DNA of 24,000 nt from Liberiplasma polymorphum (lineage in GTDB: Bacteria; Bacillota_I; Bacilli_A; Izemoplasmatales; Izemoplasmataceae). Of the stretch, positions 8,325 through 16,824 are shown piece after piece. The stretch lies in assembly GCF_043951795.1 (NCBI RefSeq), contig NZ_JBIOAG010000012.1, forward strand, positions 28,699 through 52,698. Direction: 5' to 3'. Made by a program: the position numbers and the translations under genes. Below the pieces are notes generated by a model that was not told the DNA's origin, did no database searches, and worked only from the letters and a program-made list of their open reading frames with translations. Position 1 is the first letter of the stretch, and each line of letters opens with the position of its first letter.

Positions 8325-9161
8325 ATGGAATTGTTTTTATATACAGTACTTTATGCATTTTTTGGTTGGATTTTAGAAGTTATCTTCTACATTTATAAAA
8401 CTAAATCCTTTGTAAATAGAGGATTTTTAAACGGCCCTTTTGTTCCAATATATGGGGTAAGCTTAGTATCACTACATGTTTTGCTATTTATTTTAGTGAG
8501 TAGTTTTACTCCAATAACCATTGAAGTCATTGCGATTGTATTTATTTTAATTACATTTATATCCACATTATTTGAACTAGTTGGTGGCATTGTATTATTT
8601 AATGCATTTAATGCCCGCTGGTGGGATTATTCAGATGAAAAACTTAATTATAAAGGCTATATCTCACTTAGATTTTCGGTTATTTGGGGGGTTTTAGGAA
8701 CAATTGTGTTCTTAGGACTTCATCTTCAAGTCATCGTTCCTTTTGTTCAAAGTTTGAGTGTTACAACTTTATATGTTATCACTGTTTCTTTAAGTGTCGT
8801 TTTATTAATCGATTATGCTTATACACTTAAGGCATTATTTAGTTTTAAAAGTCTTATCACTGAATTTAAAGTGCGCATGAGCGCTTTAGAAGAGCGTACT
8901 GCAAAAATGAAAAGTCACCTACCAAAGAGTGTGCTTAAAACATTTGAAACCATTTCAGAAAATGAAACTTTACGCGTTCTTACAAAGAAGTATGATTCGA
9001 TTAAAACAAGACTCATTGACTTTAAAGATAAAAACTTCACAAGAGATTTTAATAGTATAAATACAATTAGTAAAGATATTACTAAAACAAGACTATTTAA
9101 AGCGTTCCCTGAACTAAAACTACCATTTAAATCTAAAAACAAAGGTGATTTTGATGCCTAG
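8325..9161 (+). CDS. Polytopic membrane protein, PF06541-like ('putative ABC-transporter type IV', formerly DUF1113) with a cytoplasmic C-terminal tail
   Basis: The N-terminal signature YAFFGWILEVIFYIYKTKSFVNRGFLNGPFVPIYGVSLV matches my memory of that family (F.GW..E.........NRGFL.GP..PIYG). There are about 5 TM helices, then about 100 charged residues. GGAGGTG plus 6 nt favours the ATG at 8325 over the track start at 8310. Confidence 0.65.
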   Translation: MELFLYTVLYAFFGWILEVIFYIYKTKSFVNRGFLNGPFVPIYGVSLVSLHVLLFILVSSFTPITIEVIAIVFILITFISTLFELVGGIVLFNAFNARWWDYSDEKLNYKGYISLRFSVIWGVLGTIVFLGLHLQVIVPFVQSLSVTTLYVITVSLSVVLLIDYAYTLKALFSFKSLITEFKVRMSALEERTAKMKSHLPKSVLKTFETISENETLRVLTKKYDSIKTRLIDFKDKNFTRDFNSINTISKDITKTRLFKAFPELKLPFKSKNKGDFDA

Positions 9162-9651
9162 TCTTTATGATGAATATTATGATATTGCAAAAGATATTTT
9201 AATGCATGATGCCTATCAAAAACAAAAAGCTTATTATCATCATACGACAAACCTTTTTGATCATGCTGTATTGGTTTCTTATTACGCTTTTAAGCTCTCA
9301 AAAAAGTTACACCTTGATTCAAAAAGCGTCGTTCGTGGCGCCTTACTTCATGATTTCTTTTTGTATGACTGGCGTGTTGAAGGAAAAAAAATTAGAAAAA
9401 GACTATTTAAAAAGCATGGCTTTACCCATGCTAAAACCGCTTATAAAAATGCACTTATTTATTTTGAACTAAACAAAAAAGAAAAAGACATTATTTTAAA
9501 ACACATGTTTCCTCTAAACTTAAAACCACCTAGATATTTAGAAAGTTGGTTAGTAAATATAGTAGATAGTATGGTTACTATAAGAGAATACTTTAAAAAG
9601 AAAAAATCACGTGGGATTCTTGTTTATATTGAGCATAAAGAAAAGGAATGA
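9154..9651 (+). CDS. HD-domain metal-dependent phosphohydrolase
   Basis: The H...HD signature is present: FDHAVLVSYYAFKLSK ... VRGALLHDFFLYDW. I place the start at ATG 9154 (MPSLYDEYYD), 5 nt after GGTGA. It overlaps the upstream stop by 8 nt (ATGCCTAG). The stop is TGA. Confidence 0.75.
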   Translation: MPSLYDEYYDIAKDILMHDAYQKQKAYYHHTTNLFDHAVLVSYYAFKLSKKLHLDSKSVVRGALLHDFFLYDWRVEGKKIRKRLFKKHGFTHAKTAYKNALIYFELNKKEKDIILKHMFPLNLKPPRYLESWLVNIVDSMVTIREYFKKKKSRGILVYIEHKEKE

Positions 9652-9666
9652 AATCATTCCTTTTTT
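9641..9666. terminator. Bidirectional intrinsic terminator between the convergent HD gene and ffh
   Basis: AAAAGGAATGA-AA-TCATTCCTTTT is flanked by an A-run and a T-run, so it can serve both strands. It fills the whole gap between the two stop codons. Confidence 0.6.
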
Positions 9667-9667
9667 A

Positions 9668-11077
9668 TTAAAATCTAAATCCGCCTCGGTTTTTACCCTT
9701 ACCTTTTTTTTGTTTGGTTGGTTGTTGCATTTGATTCATGCTTTTTAATGGATTATTTGGATCAATGCTATTGGGGTCCATACTAGACATTCTTTTCATA
9801 GCTTGTGTTTGTTGGTCTAGACTTTGAATGAGTTTATTTACCTCTGCAACACTTCTTCCAGAACCCTCTGCCACACGACGACGTCTACTACTGCTACGCT
9901 TGATAAGATTTGGATCTTTACGTTCTTTCTTGGTCATAGATCCAATGATTGCTTCAATGAAAACAAGTTGTTTGTCGTCAACGTTTGCGTTTTTCATCAT
10001 TTTTCCAGCGCCTGGGATGAGTTTAAGAATACCACCTAAAGAACCCATTCGCTTTATCATTTTTAACTGTTTTATAAAGTCATTATAATTAAATTTACCT
10101 GACATCATTTTTTCCATCATGTTCATCATGTCGTCTTCATCGATGTTTTCAGTAACTTTATCGATTAGTGTAAGTACATCGCCCATACCTAAAATTCGAC
10201 TCGCCATACGCTCAGGATGGAATACATCAAATTGATCTAATTTTTCACCAAGACCCATGAATTTAATAGGTACTTCAGTAACTTTTCTTAATGAAAGGGC
10301 TGCACCACCACGGGTATCACCATCTAATTTTGTAATAATACTTCCTGTAATTTTCAGTGATTCATGAAAATGTGAGGCAACGCTTACTGCATCTTGCCCG
10401 GTCATTGCATCTAAAACAAGTAAAATCTCATCTGGTGAGATGATTTCTTTAATGTTTAGCAGTTCTTCCATCATGACATCATCGATATGTAGTCGTCCAG
10501 CTGTGTCAAAAATAACAAAATTATAGTTGTTTTCTTTTGCATATTCTAATGCTTCTTTTGCAATCGTTACAGGACTTTCTTTAATGCCTTTTTCAAATAC
10601 AGGTACATCGATTTGTTTACCAATAGTAACAAGTTGATCGACTGCAGCCGGTCTATACACATCAAGTGCAACAAGTAATGGCTTAACTTTATGATGTTTT
10701 CGTACATAGTTTGCTAGTTTACCTGCAGTTGTTGTTTTCCCTGAACCCTGAAGTCCTGATAACATCACCGTTGTTATGCCTTGACTTTTAATCGCAAAAG
10801 TACTTGTTTCTCCCCCAAGTAACTCTTTTAGTTCATCATGAACAATTTTAACGACTTGTTGGGAAGGATTTAATCCTTTTAAAATCTTTTCGTCTAATGA
10901 CTTTTCTTTAACTTCTTTGGTAAATGATTTAACAACTTTAAAGTTGACGTCAGCTTCAAGTAAACTTAAGCGAACCTCACGCATCATTTCTTCTATATCA
11001 TTTTCAGTTAATCGTGCTTTACCTGTGACGCGTCTTAACGCCATTTGTAAGCGATCAGATAATTGATCGAATGCCAT
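9668..11077 (-). CDS. ffh: Signal recognition particle protein Ffh
   Basis: 469 aa. The N domain is followed by G-domain motifs (SGLQGSGKTTTAGKLA, DTAGRL, TKLDGDTRGGAALS) and a Met-rich M domain (MMNMMEKMMSGKF). The tail is basic. Confidence 0.97.
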   Translation of the reverse strand: MAFDQLSDRLQMALRRVTGKARLTENDIEEMMREVRLSLLEADVNFKVVKSFTKEVKEKSLDEKILKGLNPSQQVVKIVHDELKELLGGETSTFAIKSQGITTVMLSGLQGSGKTTTAGKLANYVRKHHKVKPLLVALDVYRPAAVDQLVTIGKQIDVPVFEKGIKESPVTIAKEALEYAKENNYNFVIFDTAGRLHIDDVMMEELLNIKEIISPDEILLVLDAMTGQDAVSVASHFHESLKITGSIITKLDGDTRGGAALSLRKVTEVPIKFMGLGEKLDQFDVFHPERMASRILGMGDVLTLIDKVTENIDEDDMMNMMEKMMSGKFNYNDFIKQLKMIKRMGSLGGILKLIPGAGKMMKNANVDDKQLVFIEAIIGSMTKKERKDPNLIKRSSSRRRRVAEGSGRSVAEVNKLIQSLDQQTQAMKRMSSMDPNSIDPNNPLKSMNQMQQPTKQKKGKGKNRGGFRF

Positions 11078-11078
11078 G

Positions 11079-11405
11079 TTATTCCACCTTCTCGAGTGCT
11101 TCTAGTAATTGATTAATTAAGGTTTGATCCTTAGTATTTTTTAACTTATTGATTAAGGTTTGTCTTAAATGTGCCTTTTCTTTTAACTTTAAATTATCTT
11201 CGAAATTATATAGCTTTTTCACTGTTCTTTTAAGTTGATCAAAGATAGCGTTACGTGAGACGTTTTCTAATTCTGCAATCTCACTTAAGGAGTAGTTGTC
11301 TAAGTAATAATATCTCATAATTAATAATTGTTTTGGGGTTAATAGACTTTCATAATAACTAAGTAAGTCTGCAATTTCAACATGTTTATCGAGTTCTATA
11401 CTCAT
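11079..11405 (-). CDS. ylxM: YlxM/p13-like putative DNA-binding protein (UPF0122)
   Basis: 108 aa with a sigma-70-region-4-like HTH (YYLDNYSLSEIAELENVSRNAIFDQLKR). It has the canonical position between ftsY and ffh. The start overlaps the ftsY stop (ATGA). Confidence 0.85.
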   Translation of the reverse strand: MSIELDKHVEIADLLSYYESLLTPKQLLIMRYYYLDNYSLSEIAELENVSRNAIFDQLKRTVKKLYNFEDNLKLKEKAHLRQTLINKLKNTKDQTLINQLLEALEKVE

Positions 11406-12367
11406 AATAAATCCGAAAATAATCCGTAGATATATTCTTCTATATCAAAGTACTCTAAATCGTCTATTTTTTCCCCTAGACCTACTAACTTTATTGGAAT
11501 ATTTAGTGTTTCTTTTACCGCTAAAGCAATACCACCTTTAGCAGTACCATCAAGTTTAGTTAAAACAACGCCACTTAAATGGGTAACTTCATTAAAAATA
11601 CGTGCTTGATTCATACCATTTTGACCTGTTGTTGCATCAAGAACAAGTAGTGTCTCATGTGGTGCCCCTTGAATTTCTCTGCCTATAACTTTATGGATTT
11701 TTTCTAGTTCTTTCATAAGGTTTTGTTTGTTTTGAAGTCGTCCAGCTGTATCGCATAATAAGACATCAATATCATGTTTTTTTGCATAGTTAATGGCATC
11801 AAACATAACACTTGATGGATCAGTTCCTTCGTCTTTTTCATAAAATGCACAGCCTACACGTTCACTCCATATGCGCAACTGATTAATCGCACCAGCTCTA
11901 AATGTATCTCCAGCAACCATCATTACTTTTTTACCTTTTTTTGTTAATAAGTGCGCGACTTTACCAATGGTTGTTGTTTTACCAACACCGTTTACACCAA
12001 CAAATAGCAAAACACTAATTGGTTCATCAACCTTTAAGTTCGTATCTACGATTTCTTCTTTTACATAACGTTTAAACATTTCTTCAACAATAATTTCTCT
12101 TAAATCTTCTGCATTTTTAATTGACTTTAGTTCGACAGAATCTCTTAGATGGTTTACTAAAGATATAACGGTTTCAACACCCATATCAGCCATAATAAAA
12201 ATCTCTTCGATTTCATCAAATAAGTCATCATCAATACGATTACCACTAATTAATAGTTCATTGAGTTGGTTAAAAACATTTTGTCTTGTTTTTTCCATTC
12301 CAATTTTATATTTTTGTGCTTGTTCTTTACTTTTTTTAGATTGGAATAAGCTTTTTATAAATCCCAT
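11402..12367 (-). CDS. ftsY: Signal recognition particle receptor FtsY (short Gram-positive type)
   Basis: 321 aa with GVNGVGKTTTIGKVA, DTAGRLQNK and TKLDGTAKGGIAL. It has an NG domain only, with no long acidic A domain. Confidence 0.95.
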   Translation of the reverse strand: MGFIKSLFQSKKSKEQAQKYKIGMEKTRQNVFNQLNELLISGNRIDDDLFDEIEEIFIMADMGVETVISLVNHLRDSVELKSIKNAEDLREIIVEEMFKRYVKEEIVDTNLKVDEPISVLLFVGVNGVGKTTTIGKVAHLLTKKGKKVMMVAGDTFRAGAINQLRIWSERVGCAFYEKDEGTDPSSVMFDAINYAKKHDIDVLLCDTAGRLQNKQNLMKELEKIHKVIGREIQGAPHETLLVLDATTGQNGMNQARIFNEVTHLSGVVLTKLDGTAKGGIALAVKETLNIPIKLVGLGEKIDDLEYFDIEEYIYGLFSDLL

Positions 12368-12403
12368 AAAAAATCACTCATCTTTCACATAATATCACAG
12401 TGT

Positions 12404-12412
12404 ATTATAACA
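12404..12412 (-). promoter_or_regulatory. Extended -10 promoter (TGtTATAAT) for ftsY-ylxM-ffh
   Basis: The minus strand reads TGTTATAAT, about 37 nt upstream of the ftsY ATG and downstream of the sRNA terminators. Confidence 0.45.
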
Positions 12413-12439
12413 CAACCATAATTTTATAAAAACAAAAAA

Positions 12440-12475
12440 CCCTATAAAAAGGGAAAATCCGCCTCTCGGCGGATT
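12440..12475 (-). terminator. Intrinsic terminator of the sRNA (strong GC hairpin plus a weaker second hairpin)
   Basis: Minus strand: AAUCCGCC-GAGA-GGCGGAUU followed by UUUCCCUUUUU. This is followed by CCCU-UUUUAU-AGGG-UUUUUUGUUUUU. Confidence 0.7.
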
Positions 12476-12550
12476 AAGGAAGGGGATGTGTGAATAAAAT
12501 TAATTATTCACCATGCTATGTAAGGGATAAGTTTGCGACTTCTCAGCCGC
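12452..12550 (-). ncRNA. Candidate independently transcribed small RNA, ~100 nt, class unknown (C-rich, RsaE/RoxS-like layout)
   Basis: It is bracketed by a near-consensus promoter and an intrinsic terminator, and contains no ORF. Predicted RNA: GCGGCUGAGAAGUCGC (5-bp hairpin including a G-U pair that becomes an A-C mismatch on the plus strand) - AAACUUAUCCCUUACAUAGCAU - GGUGAAUAAUUAAUUUUAUUCACA (8-bp hairpin) - CAUCCCCUUCCUUA - AAUCCGCCGAGAGGCGGAUUUUU (terminator). Confidence 0.5.
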
Positions 12551-12556
12551 AGTTAT

Positions 12557-12585
12557 ATGATAGCACAAGGTCTTTTTAGTGTCAA
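12557..12585 (-). promoter_or_regulatory. Near-consensus sigma-A promoter driving the sRNA
   Basis: Minus strand: TTGACA (12585..12580), 17 nt spacer, TGc-TATCAT (12565..12557). This is a perfect -35, optimal spacing and an extended -10. The predicted TSS is near G at 12550. Confidence 0.6.
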
Positions 12586-12633
12586 CTAACATAACTCAAA
12601 AAAGTATCACCTTTCATATTTTGTGATTTAAGG

Positions 12634-12663
12634 TGCAAAAAAAACGGCTTTTTACAGCCGTTT
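12634..12663 (-). terminator. Intrinsic terminator of topA
   Basis: Minus strand: AAACGGCU-GUAAAA-AGCCGUUU followed by UUUUUUGC. It lies 37 nt after the topA stop. Confidence 0.7.
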
Positions 12664-12700
12664 ATATTTTAGAACCGCAAGAGGAGTACAAATTGACCAG

Positions 12701-14761
12701 TTAAGTCTCAATATGACCGCAGTTTTTAGTGTCGTCACATTTAACTTGACCATCTTGATCCTCAATTAATAAATTATTACATTTCGGACAGTTTCGCCCT
12801 ACTGGCTTCCCACTTAAAATATGTTTACATCTTGGGAAATTATTACAAGCGTAAAAAGAGTTGCCTTTATTTTTTCCCTTCATTGCGATGCGTTCTACAA
12901 TCTTACCTTTTCCACATTTTGGACAGGTAATTCCTGTATCTTCAGTTTTCTTTTCAGGTTTATCTTGAGTTTTAATGTATTTACATTCAGGAAATCCACT
13001 ACAGGCTTCAAAAGTTCCGTATCTTGATTCTCTAAACACCATTGGTTTCCCACATTTAATACAATCCTCACCTGTGAATTTCGGTGGTTCTTTTTCCATT
13101 TCTTTATTCGCTTTTTCAACTAATGGTACAAATGTATTATAAAAATCAGATACAATTTTAGTTTGATCAGCTTCATTTTTAGCAATATCATCAAGGACGG
13201 TTTCCATTTTTGCGGTATAGTCTACACTAATGATACGACTGAAATATTCATCTAGTTTTTCAATAGTTAACATCCCTTGTTCTGTAGGGGTAAACTTTTT
13301 ATCCTCTAGTTTTACGTACTTACGTGTTTTTAGTGTTGAAATGGTTTGTGAGTATGTCGATGGTCGACCAATACCTAAATCTTCCATTTCTTTAATGAGT
13401 TTTGCTTCAGTAAAACGTGCCGGTGGTTGTGTGAAGTGTTGCGTTTTCTCGAAATTCAACGCTTTTATGGTTGCACCTTCTATAAAGGTTGGTAGTTCAC
13501 TAACTTCTAAAGATTCATATGCCCCATAAGCTTTTAAGTACCCATCAAAATTAAGTGCTTGTGCACGTGCTTTGAAAATGGTATTTGCGTTACTTAAACG
13601 AACGGTAGTTGAGGTGAATCTAGCCGAACGCATAAGCGATGCGACGGTTCTTAAATAAATCATTTTATATAAACGATATTCATCTCTATTTAAATAAGCT
13701 TTAACACGCTCTGGTGTATATTCTATTGAGGTTGGTCTAATACCTTCATGGGCATCTTGAGCGCCTTTAGATAATGTTTTAACTTTTTTAGTGCCTACAT
13801 AAGCTTCACCATATTTATTTTTAATATATGATTTAGTTGGACCTATAAAAGTATCACTTAGACGCGTTGAATCTGTACGCATGTAGGTAATCAATCCTAC
13901 TGTCTCGTTACCAATATCTAACCCCTCATATAGTTTTTGCGCGATTAGCATGGTTTTTTGTCCACTATAATTAAGTTTGTTTGATGCTTCCTGTTGGAGT
14001 GAAGAGGTAGTAAATGGTGGTTTTGAAGCACGTTTACGTTGTCTTTCCTTTACACTATCTACAGTAAACTCAAGTGATAGTGTATCTAATAAGGATTGGG
14101 CTTCTTCTTCGTTATTTAAGACAGCTTTCTTTTTATCAATATTGGATAATTCGGCTTCGAATTGCTCGAAAATAGCTTTGATTTTCCAGTATTCTTCTTC
14201 ATTAAACACTGAGATTTCTTTTTCACGATCTACAAGTATTTTTAACGCTGCACTTTGCACACGTCCTGCGGATTTGGATTTAATCTTATTTTGTAATAGT
14301 TTACTGAGTTTAAACCCGATAATACGATCTAATATTCGACGCGTTTCTTGACTAGAAACGAGTGCTAAATCAATACTTCTTGGGTGTTTAAATGCATCAT
14401 TGACAGCTTGTTTAGTTACTTCATTAAAAATAACACGGAAAGTTGGTTTGTCTTTTATGTTAAGCACTTGTTCTAAATGCCAACTTATCGCCTCTCCTTC
14501 ACGGTCAGGGTCAGTCGCAAGATAGATTTCTTCTGCTTTTTTCGCTGCTTTTGTTAAATCTTTAACAATTTTTTCTTTATCTTTGATAACATCATATTTA
14601 GGGGTGAAATTATTTTCAATGTCTAATCCAAGTCCCCCAACATTTGATATCGATAAATCACGAATGTGTCCTTTAGAAGAGAGTACTTCATAGTCATCAC
14701 CAAGATATTGTTTTATGGTTTTTGATTTGCTTGGTGACTCAACAATTACGAGTTTTTTCAT
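12701..14761 (-). CDS. topA: DNA topoisomerase I (type IA) with three C-terminal Cys4 zinc ribbons
   Basis: 686 aa. It has a TOPRIM N-terminus (MKKLVIVESPSKSKTI, ATDPDREGEAISWH), the active-site region ITYMRTDS, and C-terminal CIKCGK...CSGFPECK, CPKCGK...CNNFPRCK and CPKCNN...C..TKNC. Confidence 0.97.
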   Translation of the reverse strand: MKKLVIVESPSKSKTIKQYLGDDYEVLSSKGHIRDLSISNVGGLGLDIENNFTPKYDVIKDKEKIVKDLTKAAKKAEEIYLATDPDREGEAISWHLEQVLNIKDKPTFRVIFNEVTKQAVNDAFKHPRSIDLALVSSQETRRILDRIIGFKLSKLLQNKIKSKSAGRVQSAALKILVDREKEISVFNEEEYWKIKAIFEQFEAELSNIDKKKAVLNNEEEAQSLLDTLSLEFTVDSVKERQRKRASKPPFTTSSLQQEASNKLNYSGQKTMLIAQKLYEGLDIGNETVGLITYMRTDSTRLSDTFIGPTKSYIKNKYGEAYVGTKKVKTLSKGAQDAHEGIRPTSIEYTPERVKAYLNRDEYRLYKMIYLRTVASLMRSARFTSTTVRLSNANTIFKARAQALNFDGYLKAYGAYESLEVSELPTFIEGATIKALNFEKTQHFTQPPARFTEAKLIKEMEDLGIGRPSTYSQTISTLKTRKYVKLEDKKFTPTEQGMLTIEKLDEYFSRIISVDYTAKMETVLDDIAKNEADQTKIVSDFYNTFVPLVEKANKEMEKEPPKFTGEDCIKCGKPMVFRESRYGTFEACSGFPECKYIKTQDKPEKKTEDTGITCPKCGKGKIVERIAMKGKNKGNSFYACNNFPRCKHILSGKPVGRNCPKCNNLLIEDQDGQVKCDDTKNCGHIET

Positions 14762-14785
14762 AGCAACGCCTCCAATCTAGGTGCT

Positions 14786-14815
14786 ATTATGCCATATTAA
14801 GGAAAAGGGTGTCAA
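14786..14815 (-). promoter_or_regulatory. Candidate sigma-A promoter for topA
   Basis: Minus strand: TTGACA (14815..14810), 18 nt spacer, TGg-CATAAT (14794..14786). RBS GGAGG lies 8 nt before the ATG at 14761. Confidence 0.5.
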
Positions 14816-14829
14816 TATGACACACCTTC

Positions 14830-14851
14830 TTATATATATAGATATATATAA
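14830..14851. repeat. 22-nt alternating (TA)n quasi-palindrome
   Basis: TTATATATATAGATATATATAA lies between the prmC stop and the topA -35. Confidence 0.8.
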
Positions 14852-14857
14852 CTTTTT

Positions 14858-15706
14858 TTAATCTTTTTTTAAGACAAAAGTCATACGATCTTTTCCTTGC
14901 ATATCTTTCTTTTGAATAATACGAATGTTTTTAAGGTATTTCTTTATTAAACGTTTAATCTCTTTAGATTTATCAAATGCATGTTCAAATGCAATGATGT
15001 AACGGTCATTTAAAATAGATTCTGCCCCAATAATAATTTTGCGGTAATAATCAAGTCCGTCTTCTCCACCAAAAAGAGCAATATGAGGTTCATAGTCTTT
15101 TACAAGCGGTGCTACATGTTCCCCATTTGGAATATAAGGCGGGTTTGAAACAAGAATATCAAACTTTTGGTTGTTAACAGGTTCTAACATGTCACCATGG
15201 TAAAATGTAACATTTGCGTGTAATGTATCATTGTTTTCTTTAGCAACAGCTAATGCTTCTTCGCTGATATCTGTTCCATGTGCTTCAATTGTCTGATCTT
15301 CAAGCGCTAATGCAATAGCTAGACACCCTGAACCAGTTCCAATGTCAACAAGTTTTACTTTACGTTCTTGAAAGTACTCATTTTTGAGTTCAAGTACGTT
15401 CGTAACCAGTTCTTCGGTTTCAAAACGTGGGATTAAAACACAATTATTTACATTAAACTTATAACCATAGAAGAATTCGTTTTCTGTAATGTATTGAACA
15501 GGTTTATTATTAATGATATATTCATCTACTGCACGCAAGAACTTTTTGTAAGTACCTTCATCCATTTCATCGTTTAATTTTGCGACTAAATTTGCACTAT
15601 TTAAACAAGAAAAGTGTAACATGAGTAATTTAATGGCACTTGGTTCTTTATTGTTGTCGATGGCATATTGTTCATTAATTTTTAATGCTTGTTGAAATGT
15701 TGGCAT
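14858..15706 (-). CDS. prmC: Release factor glutamine N5-methyltransferase
   Basis: 282 aa with the SAM motif LVDIGTGSGCLAIALA and the catalytic NPPY (VSNPPYIP). It lies directly downstream of prfA. RBS AAAGGAGA. Confidence 0.9.
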   Translation of the reverse strand: MPTFQQALKINEQYAIDNNKEPSAIKLLMLHFSCLNSANLVAKLNDEMDEGTYKKFLRAVDEYIINNKPVQYITENEFFYGYKFNVNNCVLIPRFETEELVTNVLELKNEYFQERKVKLVDIGTGSGCLAIALALEDQTIEAHGTDISEEALAVAKENNDTLHANVTFYHGDMLEPVNNQKFDILVSNPPYIPNGEHVAPLVKDYEPHIALFGGEDGLDYYRKIIIGAESILNDRYIIAFEHAFDKSKEIKRLIKKYLKNIRIIQKKDMQGKDRMTFVLKKD

Positions 15707-15728
15707 AGTAAATTCTCCTTTTCGGGGT

Positions 15729-16799
15729 TTATGATGATTGTTCCCCTGAAAGCTTACGCTTGAGTTCTTCTTCGATTAACGCATCAATAATCGGTTCTAA
15801 TTTACCTTCCATTACTCTATCTAATTGTTGAATGGTAAAGCCGATTCTATGGTCGGTAATCCTGTTTTGTGGATAGTTATACGTTCTAATTTTCTCGCTA
15901 CGGTCTCCCGTACCAATTTTACTTCTTCTTTCTGCGCCTTCTTTTTCCATTCTTTCTTGCATTATTTTATCATGTAAACGCGCACGCATTACTTTTAATG
16001 CTGTGGCTTTATTTTCATGTTGACTCTTACCATCTTGGCAACTAACTGTAAGACCCGTTGGTAAGTGGGTAATTCGAACAGCTGAATCTGTGGTGTTAAC
16101 ACTTTGACCACCTGAACCACTTGAACGGAATGTGTCAATTCTTAAATCGCCCATATTGAGTTCAACTTCAACATCTTCAGCCTCGGGTAGAACTAAAACA
16201 GTTGCTGTTGATGTATGAATACGTCCTTGAGATTCTGTTTGTGGTACGCGTTGAACACGGTGAGCACCTGATTCATATTTTAGTATTGAAAAGACACTTT
16301 CTCCAGATACAGAAAATTCAACTTGACTAACCCCACCCATTTCACTTTCTTCAAGTGAAATAAGTTCAGTTTTCCAATCTTTTAGTTCTGCATACTTTAA
16401 ATACATGCGGTATAAATCTCCCGCAAATATATTGGCTTCATCTCCGCCAGCAGCCCCACGAATTTCAACAATAACGTTTTTCTCATCGTTTGGATCTTTA
16501 GGGATAAGTAAGACCATAAGTTTTTCTTCAAGTTTTTCAAGTTTTTCTTCGTTTTCTTCTAACTCCATTTGAGCCATTTCACGAATTTCTTCATCATCTT
16601 CTTTGGCCATTTCTTTTAAATCTATAATTGTTGCTTCAGTACTTAAATATTCTTTATAGGTAGAAACCGTCTTTTCTAAAGCGCTTTGCTCTTTAGATAA
16701 GGCGGTTAATTTTTTAATATCTTTAGTAATTTCAGGATCCATGAGCTGATTGGTTAACTCATCATATCTTTGACTAATTTTGTCTAAACGATCTTTCAT
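15729..16799 (-). CDS. prfA: Peptide chain release factor 1
   Basis: Contains [14 protein letters not shown] (the PxT stop-codon-reading motif) and [21 protein letters not shown] (GGQ). I place the start at ATG 16799 ([15 protein letters not shown]), 5 nt after GGAGTGA. The 19 extra N-terminal codons in the ORF track overlap the MATE gene and look spurious. Confidence 0.95.
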   Translation of the reverse strand: MKDRLDKISQRYDELTNQLMDPEITKDIKKLTALSKEQSALEKTVSTYKEYLSTEATIIDLKEMAKEDDEEIREMAQMELEENEEKLEKLEEKLMVLLIPKDPNDEKNVIVEIRGAAGGDEANIFAGDLYRMYLKYAELKDWKTELISLEESEMGGVSQVEFSVSGESVFSILKYESGAHRVQRVPQTESQGRIHTSTATVLVLPEAEDVEVELNMGDLRIDTFRSSGSGGQSVNTTDSAVRITHLPTGLTVSCQDGKSQHENKATALKVMRARLHDKIMQERMEKEGAERRSKIGTGDRSEKIRTYNYPQNRITDHRIGFTIQQLDRVMEGKLEPIIDALIEEELKRKLSGEQSS

Positions 16800-16824
16800 A
16801 GTTATCACTCCGCAGATTATTATA

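Noticed and set aside
12368-12560. Possibility that the element is a riboswitch or attenuator leader for ftsY
   Set aside because: I could find no convincing antiterminator alternative to the terminator stem (at most 4 bp). An independent TGtTATAAT promoter for ftsY lies downstream of the terminators. I do not recognise the sequence as any riboswitch class I know. It is kept as the alternative hypothesis in the finding rather than called.
12368-12700. Possibility that the RNA next to ftsY-ylxM-ffh is the SRP (4.5S/scRNA) RNA
   Set aside because: The location is tempting. But neither strand contains the conserved SRP domain IV core (GNRA-capped helix with ...GGAAG..AGCAGC... and its symmetric loop). 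The only GNRA loop (GAGA) caps the terminator. The RNA does not fold into one long hairpin. It is also too short for 6S, tmRNA or RNase P. A covariance-model scan would settle this.
16150-16260. RF1 stop-codon recognition tripeptide reads PQT rather than the E. coli PAT
   Set aside because: The middle residue of the PxT motif varies among bacterial RF1 proteins. The flanking sequence ([14 protein letters not shown]) and the GGQ motif are canonical. TAA, TAG and TGA are all used as stops in this window. There is no sign of codon reassignment.
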